A stretch of 64,000 bases of DNA from Phormidesmis sp. (lineage in GTDB: Bacteria; Cyanobacteriota; Cyanobacteriia; Leptolyngbyales; Leptolyngbyaceae), in assembly GCA_965248535.1 (NCBI GenBank), contig CBDFJR010000005.1, positions 864,001 through 928,000 on the forward strand, written 5' to 3'. Each line of letters begins with the position of its first letter. Positions within the stretch are counted from its first letter, which is position 1. Below the pieces are notes generated by a model. That model was not told the origin of the DNA and searched no databases. It saw nothing but the letters and a program-made list of their open reading frames with translations. The translations under genes and the position numbers were made by a program. Of this stretch, positions 44,069 through 54,616 are shown piece after piece.

Positions 44069-47000
44069 ATGACGATCGCCCAAACCATCCAAACGATCGA
44101 GCGCCTGCTTCCTCAAGGACATCTGACTAAAATTCAAACCCTTATATTGCAACAGTCCTGGGAAGGGCGATCCTACCTGGAAATTGCTAGAGAATTTGGC
44201 TACGATCCCGGCTACATCAAAGATACGGGTGCCAAACTGTGGCAGCAGATCTCTGGTGCTCTGGGTGAAAAAGTCACTAAGCAAAACTTAAAGGGGGTTG
44301 TGAATCGAGCCGTTTGGCGGCAGGGCAGCACTCAAACCTCACAGTCTTGGCTTGACTGGGGTGACGCGAAAACTTCGTGGGGAGACGCGATCGACGTTTC
44401 TATCTTCTACGATCGCACTCAAGAACTCGCCACCCTGCAAACCTGGGCTGTTCACGATCGTTGTCGGTTGGTGGCGCTGCTCGGCATGGGCGGCGTGGGC
44501 AAAACGTCGCTCTCCGTCAAGCTGGCAGAAGACATCCAGAGCGAGTTTGAGTATTTGATCTGGCGATCGCTGCGAGAGGCACCCCCGATCGACGAACTCC
44601 TGACCACCCTGATTCAGTTTCTCTCTCAACCGCAAGACACCGACTTACCCAAAAGTGTAGGGGACAAACTCTCTTGCCTGATCCGACTGTTGAAGCGATC
44701 GCGCTGTCTGCTCATTCTCGACAACTTTGAGACGGTGCTGCAAAGTGGCACCTATACAGGAACCTATCGGGATGGGTATGAGATGTATGGTGAACTGCTG
44801 AAGCGAGTCGGCGAGATCGCCCATCAGAGTTGCTTGGTGTTTACTAGCCGAGAGAAGCCCCAAGAAGTCTGTATCATGGAGGGCGATCGCGGCCCCATCC
44901 GGTCACTGCCCCTAGCTGGTTTGGATGTCACAGCAGGACAACACATTCTCAATGCTAAAGGTTTGGGTGGAGCAATAGACGATCGAGAACAGTTGATTGC
45001 TCACTATCGAGGAAATCCTCTGGCGCTGAAAATGGCAGCGACTTCGATTCAAGACTTGTTTTCAGGCAACATTGCTCAATTTTTAGAGCAGGGAACCGTT
45101 GCCTTTAATGGCATTGGTCACTTGATTAAACAACAGTGCGATCGCCTCACAACGTCAGAACAAACCGTGATGAACTGGCTGGCGATTAATCGGGAACCTG
45201 TGACGATCGAAGACCTTCAAACCGATCTAGTGACTAAACTGTCTCAGCCCAAGCTGATTACAGTGTTGGAGTCTTTGCGCTGGCGGAGTTTGATTGAAAG
45301 CAGCGCGAGCGGCTTTACCCAGCAGCCTGTCGTGATGGAATCTGTGACTGAATCGTTGATTGAGCAAATCGCCCATGAAATTGTTGCACAACAGCCGCAG
45401 GTCTTTCTCAGTCATGCGCTGATTAAAGCTCAGGTCAAAGACTATATTCGAGATAGTCAGATTCGGGTGATTTTGCAACCGTTGCTCGATCGTCTGCTGA
45501 CACAACTCGGCTCACCCAAACAACTAGAACACACGCTGCATCGTCTGTTGGCGCATTTGAGAGACAACATTGCTCCTTCACCTAACTATGGTGCAGGTAA
45601 TCTGCTCAATTTGTTTCGTCAATTAGAAACCGATGTGACAGGCTACAATTTCTCTGGCTTGAGTATTCGGCAGGCCTATCTGCAAGATGTCAATCTGCAT
45701 CAGGTAAATTTTACGGCGGCTGAGTTTATCAACTGTGCCTTTGCTTCTACTTTTGGCGGGGTCACGTCAGTTGCCTTCAGCCCCGACGGCCACCAACTAG
45801 CCACCAGCGATACCAACGGCAGCATTCAGATCTGGAGCGTGAAGGATGGTGAACAACTGGTTCTTTGCACTGGGCATAACAGTTGGGTGTGGAGTGTTGC
45901 CTACAGTCCCTCGCGGCCGATGCTTGCTAGTGGTGGTCAAGATCATCAGGTGCGGCTGTGGGATAGTCACACTGGACAATGCCTTCAACTGCTAGAAGGG
46001 CACACGGGAATTGTTACCTCGATCGCGTTTAGCGCCGATGGTCAGTGGCTTGCTAGCACGAGCGGCGATCAAACCATTCGACTCTGGAACGTTGGGACTG
46101 GGCAGTGTGTACAGACGCTCCAGGGTCATGCAGCCTGTGTCTGGAATGCAGTGTTTCATCCCGATGGCAAGACTCTTTTCAGTGCAGGAGAAGACAATAT
46201 TATTCGACATTGGGATCTTGAAAGTGGACAATGTGTGCAAACCCTAATAGGACATCAGAATTGGGTGAGAGCGATCGCCATCAGTCCCGATGGGCAACAA
46301 TTGGTTAGCGGCAGCTTTGATCACACCCTAAAACTCTGGGATGTCTCTAGGGGCAATTGTTTAGCGACTTTGAGCGGTCATCATAAACCCGTAACCTGCG
46401 TCACCTTTAGCACTGATGGCAGAACCCTAGCGAGCAGCAGCTATGACCAGTCTGTGAAACTCTGGTGCGTTGCTTCTCAACAATGTGTGCAAACGCTTAC
46501 AAGCCATCGGAACATTGTTTGGTCGGTTGCCGTTCATCCTACTCAGCGGCTGCTGGCTAGTGGGGGTGAAGACTATACCGCTCGTCTCTGGGATCTTCAG
46601 ACTAGACGATGCACCAAAACGCTGCAAGGACACAGCAACTCAATTTATACGATTTGCTTGGCAAGCCCTAACGGGAACGCTCTCAGCCCTCACCATCACC
46701 TACTGGCTAGTGGACACGAAGATCAAACCCTTAAACTCTGGGACTTCAATCAACAAACGCTGTCTCATTCCTCTCTGCCTCTCCCGTTTCGCACTCTGCG
46801 CGGGCATAGCGGACGAGTATTATCCGTGGCATTTAGTCCCGATGCTCAAATTCTGGCCAGTGCTAGCTCCGATCGCACCATCAAACTCTGGAACCCGCAT
46901 ACTGGGAAGTGTTTAAAGACGTTGCAGGATCACACTAGTTGGGTCTGGGCGATCGCATTCCATCCCAACAGCAAGCTGATTGCTAGTGCCAGCTATGACC

Positions 47001-47653
47001 ACACGGTTAGACTCTGGGACGTTGAGACGGGCGATTGTTTACACACGCTCAAGGAACATACCAGTTCAGTTTTGTCGGTTGCCTTTAGCCCTGATGGACA
47101 GTGGTTAGTCAGTGGTGGATATGAGCGAATGATTAAACTGTGGCACCCTAAAACTGGGCAGTGTCTCCAGACCTTGCAAGCCCATCTGAATCGCATTTGG
47201 GCAGTGACCTTTAGCCCAGATAGTCGGTGGCTAGCAACTGGGGGCGACGATCGTACCCTCAAACTCTGGGATGTGGCAACAGGGCGCTGCATCAGAACCT
47301 TTGAAGGCCATACAAGCCAGGTTTTATCACTGCTGTTTAGTAGCGATGGCGAAAATCTGATCAGCAGCAGTGCCGACCAAACGATCCGCATCTGGGATGT
47401 GGCAACAGGCCACTGCACAGCGATTCTGCAACACCACCAAAACTGGGTGTGGTCACTTACTCAGTCTTATGACGATGGCATTCTCTTGAGCAGCAGTCAG
47501 GATGAAACGGTCACAGCTTGGAATCTTGAGACGGGAACACACTTAAAAACCCTGCGCTGTCTTCGCCCCTATGAAGGAACCACGATCGCTAAAGCAGCAG
47601 GTTTGACAGCAGCCCAGAAAGCAACGCTGCAAGCATTAGGCGCGTCGCACTAA
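44069..47653 (+). CDS. STAND protein: N-terminal HTH + NB-ARC + pentapeptide + WD40 repeats
   Basis: SY.EIA...GY...YIK..G.KLW HTH, GMGGVGKT, LLILDNFE, GNPLAL, about 14 GH...WD repeats; start at ATG 44069. Confidence 0.9.
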   Translation: MTIAQTIQTIERLLPQGHLTKIQTLILQQSWEGRSYLEIAREFGYDPGYIKDTGAKLWQQISGALGEKVTKQNLKGVVNRAVWRQGSTQTSQSWLDWGDAKTSWGDAIDVSIFYDRTQELATLQTWAVHDRCRLVALLGMGGVGKTSLSVKLAEDIQSEFEYLIWRSLREAPPIDELLTTLIQFLSQPQDTDLPKSVGDKLSCLIRLLKRSRCLLILDNFETVLQSGTYTGTYRDGYEMYGELLKRVGEIAHQSCLVFTSREKPQEVCIMEGDRGPIRSLPLAGLDVTAGQHILNAKGLGGAIDDREQLIAHYRGNPLALKMAATSIQDLFSGNIAQFLEQGTVAFNGIGHLIKQQCDRLTTSEQTVMNWLAINREPVTIEDLQTDLVTKLSQPKLITVLESLRWRSLIESSASGFTQQPVVMESVTESLIEQIAHEIVAQQPQVFLSHALIKAQVKDYIRDSQIRVILQPLLDRLLTQLGSPKQLEHTLHRLLAHLRDNIAPSPNYGAGNLLNLFRQLETDVTGYNFSGLSIRQAYLQDVNLHQVNFTAAEFINCAFASTFGGVTSVAFSPDGHQLATSDTNGSIQIWSVKDGEQLVLCTGHNSWVWSVAYSPSRPMLASGGQDHQVRLWDSHTGQCLQLLEGHTGIVTSIAFSADGQWLASTSGDQTIRLWNVGTGQCVQTLQGHAACVWNAVFHPDGKTLFSAGEDNIIRHWDLESGQCVQTLIGHQNWVRAIAISPDGQQLVSGSFDHTLKLWDVSRGNCLATLSGHHKPVTCVTFSTDGRTLASSSYDQSVKLWCVASQQCVQTLTSHRNIVWSVAVHPTQRLLASGGEDYTARLWDLQTRRCTKTLQGHSNSIYTICLASPNGNALSPHHHLLASGHEDQTLKLWDFNQQTLSHSSLPLPFRTLRGHSGRVLSVAFSPDAQILASASSDRTIKLWNPHTGKCLKTLQDHTSWVWAIAFHPNSKLIASASYDHTVRLWDVETGDCLHTLKEHTSSVLSVAFSPDGQWLVSGGYERMIKLWHPKTGQCLQTLQAHLNRIWAVTFSPDSRWLATGGDDRTLKLWDVATGRCIRTFEGHTSQVLSLLFSSDGENLISSSADQTIRIWDVATGHCTAILQHHQNWVWSLTQSYDDGILLSSSQDETVTAWNLETGTHLKTLRCLRPYEGTTIAKAAGLTAAQKATLQALGASH

Positions 47654-47669
47654 TCTTTCATTAATCTCT

Positions 47670-48830
47670 TTAAAGCGCCGTTTCCATCCGGGCTTTCATG
47701 GCTTTGGCTGCTAGGGCATAGCCTCCATCAGCACCATCGACGAAGTGCACTTGTCGCCCATTGCGATCGAACACCAAACACGTTAGTAGGGCCCGATCGC
47801 TGACGTGCAGACCATAGACCAGCTTACCCGATCGATATTTCTGCTCTAAATAGCTGGTCAGTTTCTCTCGCTGGTGGGCATCTCCAGCGATCACCATTCG
47901 CAGCATGTCATCAAATTTGCGGTAATCAGTGGCGGCTGCCACCACGTCTTGATATTCACCCCAATCTGTTCCGCCAATGTTGAGTTTAAATCTCATGAAG
48001 AGCCAGCCGAGCAGATTTTCAAACTGAATTTTGATCAGATAGATGAGTTTGCTGAACCAGTGTTTGCTGGGGGCACGAATTTTAGTTTCTTTAATGAGTT
48101 TGTTGGGGCTAAAGGACAAAGAAAGACGATCGCGGGTGATGGGGTTGTGACTGTCGCCTGCTCCATAGATTTGTTGAATTTGTTCGATCACGTCTCGATA
48201 TTGTTCATTTTGAGTTGCCAACACTAATAAACTAATGGTTTCTCCATAGCGGCTGGGGATGTCTTGCCAACGACACTCTAAGCCCGAAAAGTTGGCTGGA
48301 GAATTGACCTTCATCAGATTTAGCGTGTAGAGGTGCGCCGTTGCCTGATCTTTGACTAAATCAGTGGCGTAGGTCAATCCGCCGCCCATAAAAACGGCCT
48401 GACTGTAGTTTTTAGAAATCTCTAGTTTGGCAATGTCAACAGGGTGCCCCGCTTGAGTCGCCACCCAGACCGGAACGATGCCCACTCGCAGGCTGAGAGC
48501 AAATTCATCTTTGGCGAGGGTTTGAATGGCGCGCAGCGATCGGGTGGTTTCTTCGAGCAACGTGGGCGGAATCAGCAGCGAAGCCCCATCGCCCCCAAAC
48601 ACAAAGGGAACATCAATTTCGTCGGCGACATTGAGAACCGAGACGATCGAGCAAGCCCCCAACAAATTGACATCTTTATAGCGCCCCTGCTCAATGGCAC
48701 GAGTTGAGCCGATAATATCAGTAATCACAATCAGCCAATCCTCCGGGACGGCCACAAAATTGTCATGATCAGTGATTTGCACAAAGTCGGTCAAGACAGG
48801 TAAATCGGAATAGAAATACCGAGTAGGCAT
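47670..48830 (-). CDS. DUF3095-like protein
   Basis: ITDIIGST.AI..GRYKDVN, PFVFGGDGA, GLECRW, DYRKFDD.LRMV, VHFVDGADGGYA.AA. Confidence 0.8.
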   Translation of the reverse strand: MPTRYFYSDLPVLTDFVQITDHDNFVAVPEDWLIVITDIIGSTRAIEQGRYKDVNLLGACSIVSVLNVADEIDVPFVFGGDGASLLIPPTLLEETTRSLRAIQTLAKDEFALSLRVGIVPVWVATQAGHPVDIAKLEISKNYSQAVFMGGGLTYATDLVKDQATAHLYTLNLMKVNSPANFSGLECRWQDIPSRYGETISLLVLATQNEQYRDVIEQIQQIYGAGDSHNPITRDRLSLSFSPNKLIKETKIRAPSKHWFSKLIYLIKIQFENLLGWLFMRFKLNIGGTDWGEYQDVVAAATDYRKFDDMLRMVIAGDAHQREKLTSYLEQKYRSGKLVYGLHVSDRALLTCLVFDRNGRQVHFVDGADGGYALAAKAMKARMETAL

Positions 48831-48898
48831 GGGGTTGGCTCACCGTAGGCTTTGTATACTTTAATACTGTTACGGAATTATCTCTGGACTGGATTTAG

Positions 48899-49291
48899 TT
48901 GTTTGATGTGAGTTTAATGAACCTTTTGCAAAGTCTTCAAGATGACTATCAGCGCTTCCCAGACGATCAAACCTATGGTCTCTACGCTGAAGATGTTTAC
49001 TTTAAAGACCCGTTGAGTGAGTTTCGGGGGCGCGATCGCTATCAGCAAACGATCGGCTTTATTAAAACCTGGTTTCTCAACGTCAAGATGGATCTTCATA
49101 CTATTCAACGCACGGGCGATCTGATCCGAACGGACTGGACGTTGAGTTGGAACACCCCCCTACCCTGGAAGCCTCGCATCTCGATTAGCGGATGGAGTGA
49201 GTTAACGGTGAACGCAGATGATCTCATCGTGTCACACCTTGATTATTGGCATTGTTCACGATTAGACGTGCTGAAACAACACTTTTGGTAG
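48899..49291 (+). CDS. DUF2358/NTF2-like protein
   Basis: DYQRFP.DQTY.LYAEDVYFKDP, WNTPLPWKPRI...GWSEL, SH.DYW; start uncertain. Confidence 0.75.
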   Translation: MFDVSLMNLLQSLQDDYQRFPDDQTYGLYAEDVYFKDPLSEFRGRDRYQQTIGFIKTWFLNVKMDLHTIQRTGDLIRTDWTLSWNTPLPWKPRISISGWSELTVNADDLIVSHLDYWHCSRLDVLKQHFW

Positions 49292-49382
49292 AGATGCCCC
49301 ATCCCCAAAGCCTGTTTCCTATGGGAGAATGAAGTTAGGTAAAAGAATGTAAACAATTCTCAGGTAAGGACTTCGATCGACC

Positions 49383-50573
49383 ATGCGTGTAATCTTAATG
49401 ACCGGGAAGGGCGGCGTTGGCAAAACTTCTGTGGCCGCTGCGACTGGGCTGCGCTGTGCAGAGCTTGGCTATCGAACCCTTGTCTTGAGCACTGACCCCG
49501 CTCACTCGCTGGCGGATAGTTTTGATCTAGAGTTAGGCCACGAGCCAAAGCTAGTTCGTCCCAATCTGTGGGGTGCCGAACTGGATGCTCTAATGGAGCT
49601 AGAAGGCAACTGGGGTGCGGTCAAGCGCTATATCACCCAAGTTTTGCAGGCGCGAGGGTTAGACGGCATTCAAGCCGAAGAACTGGCGATTTTGCCAGGG
49701 ATGGATGAGATTTTTGGGCTGGTGCGAATGAAGCGCCACTACGACGAGGGCACCTATGACGTGCTGATCATCGATTCTGCACCCACGGGAACGGCGCTGC
49801 GATTGCTCAGTCTGCCCGAAGTCGGCGGCTGGTATATGCGGAAATTTTATAAGCCATTTCAAGGCATCTCGGTGGCGTTGCGTCCTTTAGTGGAACCGAT
49901 TTTTCGCCCGATCGCGGGCTTTTCTCTGCCCAACAAAGAGGTGATGGATGCACCCTTTGAGTTTTATGAGCAGATCGAAGCGCTGCAAAAAGTCTTGATC
50001 GACAACACTCAAACCTCGGTGCGGCTCGTCACCAATCCTGAAAAGATGGTGATCAAAGAGTCGCTGCGCGCTCATGCTTACCTGAGTTTGTATAACGTTT
50101 CAACCGATTTAATTATCGCCAATCGGATCATTCCTGAATCGGTCACCGATCCATTCTTCAAACGCTGGAAAGAAAATCAGGCGCAATATCGTCAAGAAAT
50201 TCACGACAACTTTGCGCCGTTGCCCGTCAAAGAAGTGCCGCTCTATTCAGAAGAAATGTGTGGGTTAGAGGCGCTCGATCGCTTAAAAGAAACTCTCTAC
50301 CCCAACAACGAAGATCCGGCACAGGTCTACTACAAAGAAACAACGCTGCGAGTGGTGCAAGATCAAGGTCAATACAGTCTCGAAATTTATCTACCAGGCA
50401 TCGAAAAAAGTCAGGTCGAACTCAGCAAAACGGGCGACGAGTTAAACGTCAGAATTGGAAATCACCGCCGCAATTTAGTCTTGCCTCAAGCGTTGGCGGC
50501 TCTAAACCCGGCTGGGGCAAAGATGGAAGATGACTATCTCAAAATCCGGTTTGCCTCTCCAGCACAGGTTTAG
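49383..50573 (+). CDS. GET3/ArsA-family ATPase with C-terminal HSP20-like domain
   Basis: [23 protein letters not shown]. Confidence 0.9.
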   Translation: MRVILMTGKGGVGKTSVAAATGLRCAELGYRTLVLSTDPAHSLADSFDLELGHEPKLVRPNLWGAELDALMELEGNWGAVKRYITQVLQARGLDGIQAEELAILPGMDEIFGLVRMKRHYDEGTYDVLIIDSAPTGTALRLLSLPEVGGWYMRKFYKPFQGISVALRPLVEPIFRPIAGFSLPNKEVMDAPFEFYEQIEALQKVLIDNTQTSVRLVTNPEKMVIKESLRAHAYLSLYNVSTDLIIANRIIPESVTDPFFKRWKENQAQYRQEIHDNFAPLPVKEVPLYSEEMCGLEALDRLKETLYPNNEDPAQVYYKETTLRVVQDQGQYSLEIYLPGIEKSQVELSKTGDELNVRIGNHRRNLVLPQALAALNPAGAKMEDDYLKIRFASPAQV

Positions 50574-50576
50574 AGG

Positions 50577-51884
50577 CTATTCAGCTTCGACGGATAGGGC
50601 TTCTTCAAACGCGGGTTCGATCGTTGATTTGGGGTGTTTGCCATCTAGGAGACAGCTTACGGTCATGTCGCCCATGACATTGATGGCGGTGCGACAGCGA
50701 TCGAGAAACCAATCGACCGTCACCAAAATCGCAATATATTGAGTGGGCAACCCCACCGACGAAAACACCAGCGTCATCGTCACCAAGCCCGCGTTGGGAA
50801 TTCCGGCTGCGCCCACCGAGGCAAAAATCGAGGTCAAAATGACGATGATCTGCTGGGGGAAGGGCAGATTTTGGCCAATCACCTGAGCAATAAACAGCGC
50901 AGCCATCGCTTCATAAAGCGCGGTGCCGTCATTGTTGAAGTTGCTGCCGACTAAGGCACCTAGCGATGCAGAAGACTCTCGCAATCCCACTTTGGTTTGC
51001 AGCGCCTCAAAGGTGACGGGCATGGCCACCGTTGAAGAAGATGTCGAAAAAGCCGTGAAGAATGCATCTGATCCGCCCGATAAAAATCTTGCAGGACTGA
51101 CCCACGAGCCGAGCTTGACGCGAGTTAGATAGTAGCAGGCTTGCAAAAACAGAGCCAGCAACACGGCTAAAATAAATGCCGCAAGCGACTGAAACGGCGC
51201 AAAGCCTTCTAGAGCGATCGTTCTAGCCACGATGCCAAACACCGCTAATGGAATCAAAACAATCACCCAGGTGAGCACGCGAATAATCGCTTCATATAAA
51301 AACGTGATCACTTGCTCTAGCGGCTTATAGTCAGCTTTACCTGCCTTGGTCTGCTCTGATTTGAGGGCGCGCAGGGCAATGCCAAAGGTCAGCGCGATTA
51401 CGATTAGCTGAATCACGTTATTATCAACCAAGGGTTTGAGCACTGCATCAGGAACGCTGCTTTGCACCAGCGACCAGGGATCGACCGTTACACTGCCCGT
51501 GCTGCCTCCGGCGGGTTTGTTGATCTGCCCCCAGGTGCCGGGTCGGACGATATTGGCGACGAGCAAGCCAATCACGATCGCCACCGTTGTGTTGGTCAAC
51601 AGCAGCGCCGTTAATTTGCGCCCCGATCGACCGGGAATATTAGCGGTCATAAAGGTGTGCAGCACGGCCATCAAAATCAATGGAGTCGCCAAAGCACGGA
51701 GGGCTTTGAGAATCAAATCGCAGGGAACCGCCAGATTATTAATAATCGCTTTGTTATTGGGATCGGGATTTCCAGCACCGAAGAAAATGCCCACGACGAT
51801 CGCTAAAATCAGCGCCACTAAAATTTGCACATAAAGCGGAATTGATTTGCCAAACAAACGAATGCCCGATTCAGCGTCACTCAT
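50577..51884 (-). CDS. Dicarboxylate/amino acid:cation symporter (DAACS)
   Basis: AFSTSSS, NNDGTALYE, GAAGIP, DWFLDRCRT.INV.GD. Confidence 0.9.
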   Translation of the reverse strand: MSDAESGIRLFGKSIPLYVQILVALILAIVVGIFFGAGNPDPNNKAIINNLAVPCDLILKALRALATPLILMAVLHTFMTANIPGRSGRKLTALLLTNTTVAIVIGLLVANIVRPGTWGQINKPAGGSTGSVTVDPWSLVQSSVPDAVLKPLVDNNVIQLIVIALTFGIALRALKSEQTKAGKADYKPLEQVITFLYEAIIRVLTWVIVLIPLAVFGIVARTIALEGFAPFQSLAAFILAVLLALFLQACYYLTRVKLGSWVSPARFLSGGSDAFFTAFSTSSSTVAMPVTFEALQTKVGLRESSASLGALVGSNFNNDGTALYEAMAALFIAQVIGQNLPFPQQIIVILTSIFASVGAAGIPNAGLVTMTLVFSSVGLPTQYIAILVTVDWFLDRCRTAINVMGDMTVSCLLDGKHPKSTIEPAFEEALSVEAE

Positions 51885-52029
51885 ACCTTCGCCCCGATAG
51901 TGTAATCAATGGTGCATTCACAGTACTCTTAGAATCTTCCCCATGATTGGATTCTTTAGGATTTGAGAAAGTGTCCTGCAATCCCGTTTCTAAAGGATTA
52001 GGATCGGTTTTCTAAGAGAATTTTAGATT

Positions 52030-52419
52030 ATGCCTCAGTGGAAACTCACAACCGAATTCACATTTAATGCGGCTCACTCAATTCGTGACTATGACGGCCC
52101 CTGTGGGCGACTGCACGGGCACACCTACACCGTGCGGATGGAAGCGACGAGCGATCGCCTGCACGCTTCAGACTATTGCCCTCACGCGGTCATGGTGGCA
52201 GACTTTAGAACGCTCAAATGGGCCAAGCGCGACGTGCTCAAAGGCGGACTCGATCACTGCAATCTCAATGACGTGCTGCCAGATGGCTATGAGTCAACGT
52301 CAGAAATGATTGCTCAATATATCTACGATAAAACTAAAAAAACTTTACCTGCGGGCATCAAGCTCAAAGTCGCCGTGTCAGAATCTCCCCACTCGTGGGC
52401 GGAATATGAAGATGATTAA
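52030..52419 (+). CDS. queD: 6-carboxytetrahydropterin synthase
   Basis: F.FNAAH, GPCGRLHGHTY, LDH..LND, T.E.IA; adjacent to queE. Confidence 0.85.
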   Translation: MPQWKLTTEFTFNAAHSIRDYDGPCGRLHGHTYTVRMEATSDRLHASDYCPHAVMVADFRTLKWAKRDVLKGGLDHCNLNDVLPDGYESTSEMIAQYIYDKTKKTLPAGIKLKVAVSESPHSWAEYEDD

Positions 52420-53047
52420 CGTTAAATCTAGCGATCGCATCTCCATCGGCCAGACCACCCTGCCGATCGTCGAAACCTTTCACTCGGTTCAAGGCGAAGG
52501 TGCTTGGGTGGGAACCAATGCCTTCTTTATCCGGCTAGGAGGCTGTGATGTGGGCTGCTGGTTTTGCGACACTAAAGAATCTTGGAATCTGCGCCGACAC
52601 CCGCAGCGAGAAATTGCAGACTTAGTGGCAGCGGCGATCGCGGCCAATCCGGCGATCGTGGTGATCACAGGCGGCGAACCGTTGATGCACGATTTAACAG
52701 AGTTGAGCGACTTGCTGCACAACGCAGGTCTACGAGTCCATTTAGAAACGTCGGGTGCCCACCCTTTTAGTGGTCAGTTCGATTGGGTCACGCTGTCTCC
52801 TAAAGTCTCTAAGCCCCCTCACCAAAGCGTTTATGCCCACGCTAGCGAACTCAAAATCGTGGTTGCAAACCCTGATGATTTGACCTGGGCAGAACAGCAA
52901 TCGGTCAAGGTGTCAGCCGCCGTGATTCGCTATCTGCAAGCAGAATGGACTACGCCAGACAGTCGCGACCTGATTTTTGACTATGTGTTGCACCACCCCC
53001 AATGGCGAGTGAGTGTGCAAACTCACAAGCTGCTAGGAGTCCGATAG
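52412..53047 (+). CDS. queE: 7-carboxy-7-deazaguanine synthase (radical SAM)
   Basis: FHSVQGEG, FIRLGGCDVGCWFCDT, ITGGEP, LETSG, SVQTHK. Confidence 0.9.
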   Translation: MINVKSSDRISIGQTTLPIVETFHSVQGEGAWVGTNAFFIRLGGCDVGCWFCDTKESWNLRRHPQREIADLVAAAIAANPAIVVITGGEPLMHDLTELSDLLHNAGLRVHLETSGAHPFSGQFDWVTLSPKVSKPPHQSVYAHASELKIVVANPDDLTWAEQQSVKVSAAVIRYLQAEWTTPDSRDLIFDYVLHHPQWRVSVQTHKLLGVR

Positions 53048-53692
53048 AGCGGCGATTTGCTCTCTGACCCACTTCCGAAATGCTTTGAGTGCAGCCCCTC
53101 TGCCTTCAGATTTGCTTTGCCCAATAAAGCGGGATATTGCTTCTATGATCAAAAAGTTTGGAAACGTCGGGCTAATTTGAGATTGAACATATTGATTGTC
53201 TTGAAGACGATCGATTCTCAAGATTCCGGCTTCATATCGCCAGAGTTCTGCGACACCTAGGGCTTGATAGGCATCTAATTGGGTTTTAGAGGTGACATCG
53301 ATCTCGATCGCTAAATCGGGTGGAGGGTCGATCGACAAATCGATTCTAGATTTTCCTCGCATCTGTTCAGGGTGCTGGATGTAAAAGCAGTTATCTGGCT
53401 CAATTCCTTGCCGCATCTCTGGTCGCTTAAAGGTGGTCGAGCCGAAACATTCACAGTCAATATCTAACTCTTCAAGCAATATTTTTACCAAATCTCCGAT
53501 GATTTCTTTGCTGACTTCATGCTCTGGCAGGGGAGCCATAATTTCTAACGTTCCTTTGCTGTAGGCCAATCGCGTGTTGCGGCGATCGCCCAGTTCTTCT
53601 AAAATCGCCTCAAACTCTGGCCAACTGACCTCTTCTAGCACCACTCGCTGCCCTGGCAAGACTCGAATTTGTCTCAGTTGAAGGGTGACCAT
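53033..53692 (-). CDS. Uma2-family endonuclease-fold protein
   Basis: LEIMAPLPEHE, GSTTF, EPDNCFY, PPDLAIEIDVTS, YQALGVAELWRY. Confidence 0.88.
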   Translation of the reverse strand: MVTLQLRQIRVLPGQRVVLEEVSWPEFEAILEELGDRRNTRLAYSKGTLEIMAPLPEHEVSKEIIGDLVKILLEELDIDCECFGSTTFKRPEMRQGIEPDNCFYIQHPEQMRGKSRIDLSIDPPPDLAIEIDVTSKTQLDAYQALGVAELWRYEAGILRIDRLQDNQYVQSQISPTFPNFLIIEAISRFIGQSKSEGRGAALKAFRKWVREQIAALSDS

Positions 53693-53864
53693 TTTGGCTG
53701 CTTTGTCCTTACTTTCAACAGAACCTGAGTTTAGTTTGACACTCTCACCCTGCGCCCTTCCCGTCAAAGATTACGTTTTGTCAAGACAAATGAGAAATTA
53801 CTCTTCCTTTAAGACCCCGAAACTCGGTACACTACAAGATGAATTCTGAGATACCGCAATAAAT

Positions 53865-54350
53865 ATGAGCGTAGTTAGCCAAGTTATCCTTCAAGCCGAC
53901 GACGAACTCCGTTATCCCACGACTGGCGAGTTGAAAGGCATAAAAGAATTTTTTCAAACCGGGGTGCAGCGCACTCGCATCGTCGAAACTCTCTCATCTA
54001 ACGAGAAGAAGATCGTCGAGCAAGCTAGCAAAAGCCTTTGGAAAAAGCGCCCCGACTTTATCGCCCCTGGTGGCAACGCCTACGGCAACCGTGAACGCGC
54101 CCTCTGTCTGCGTGACTATGGCTGGTATCTCCGCCTGGTCACCTACGGTGTGTTAGCGGGTGACAAAGACCCGATCGAGAAAATTGGTTTGATCGGGGCC
54201 CGTGAGATGTATAACGCTTTGGGCGTTCCTGTTCCGGGCATGGCAGAGGCGATGCGCTGCCTTAGAGATGCGTCTCTGGCACTGTTGAGCAGTGAAGATG
54301 GGTTAGCAGTGGCTCCTTATTTTGACTACCTGATTCAGGGGATGTCTTAG
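53865..54350 (+). CDS. apcD: Allophycocyanin alpha-B subunit
   Basis: [55 protein letters not shown]. Confidence 0.93.
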   Translation: MSVVSQVILQADDELRYPTTGELKGIKEFFQTGVQRTRIVETLSSNEKKIVEQASKSLWKKRPDFIAPGGNAYGNRERALCLRDYGWYLRLVTYGVLAGDKDPIEKIGLIGAREMYNALGVPVPGMAEAMRCLRDASLALLSSEDGLAVAPYFDYLIQGMS

Positions 54351-54616
54351 GGCTGAGTCGCAAAAACTGAATAGGTTTGACTTCCCCACGATCGTGAGAA
54401 GTTTCTGGCTTGCTTTTGTCAGGATTTCTTGGATTGTGGGGTAATTTTTTATCGGTGCGGTTCCGAAACGAAGAGAGTCGAGGCTGATTCTTAAAGGGCG
54501 ATGACGCAATTGGCGGGATTTTCCCATTGCCACCTGCTTTTCGGAGGCAGCGCTCTGCCAGAAGACGCTAAATTTCTCACGCAGCTAGGGCCATCTTTGT
54601 TAAGGACTCACTATTG

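Noticed and set aside
52030..53047. 7-deazaguanine DNA modification (dpd) island
   Set aside because: Only queD and queE are present, with no dpdA-like gene; consistent with ordinary queuosine synthesis.
53865..54350. Far-red photoacclimation cluster
   Set aside because: A solitary conventional-looking apcD without paralogous apc, psa, psb or rfp genes.
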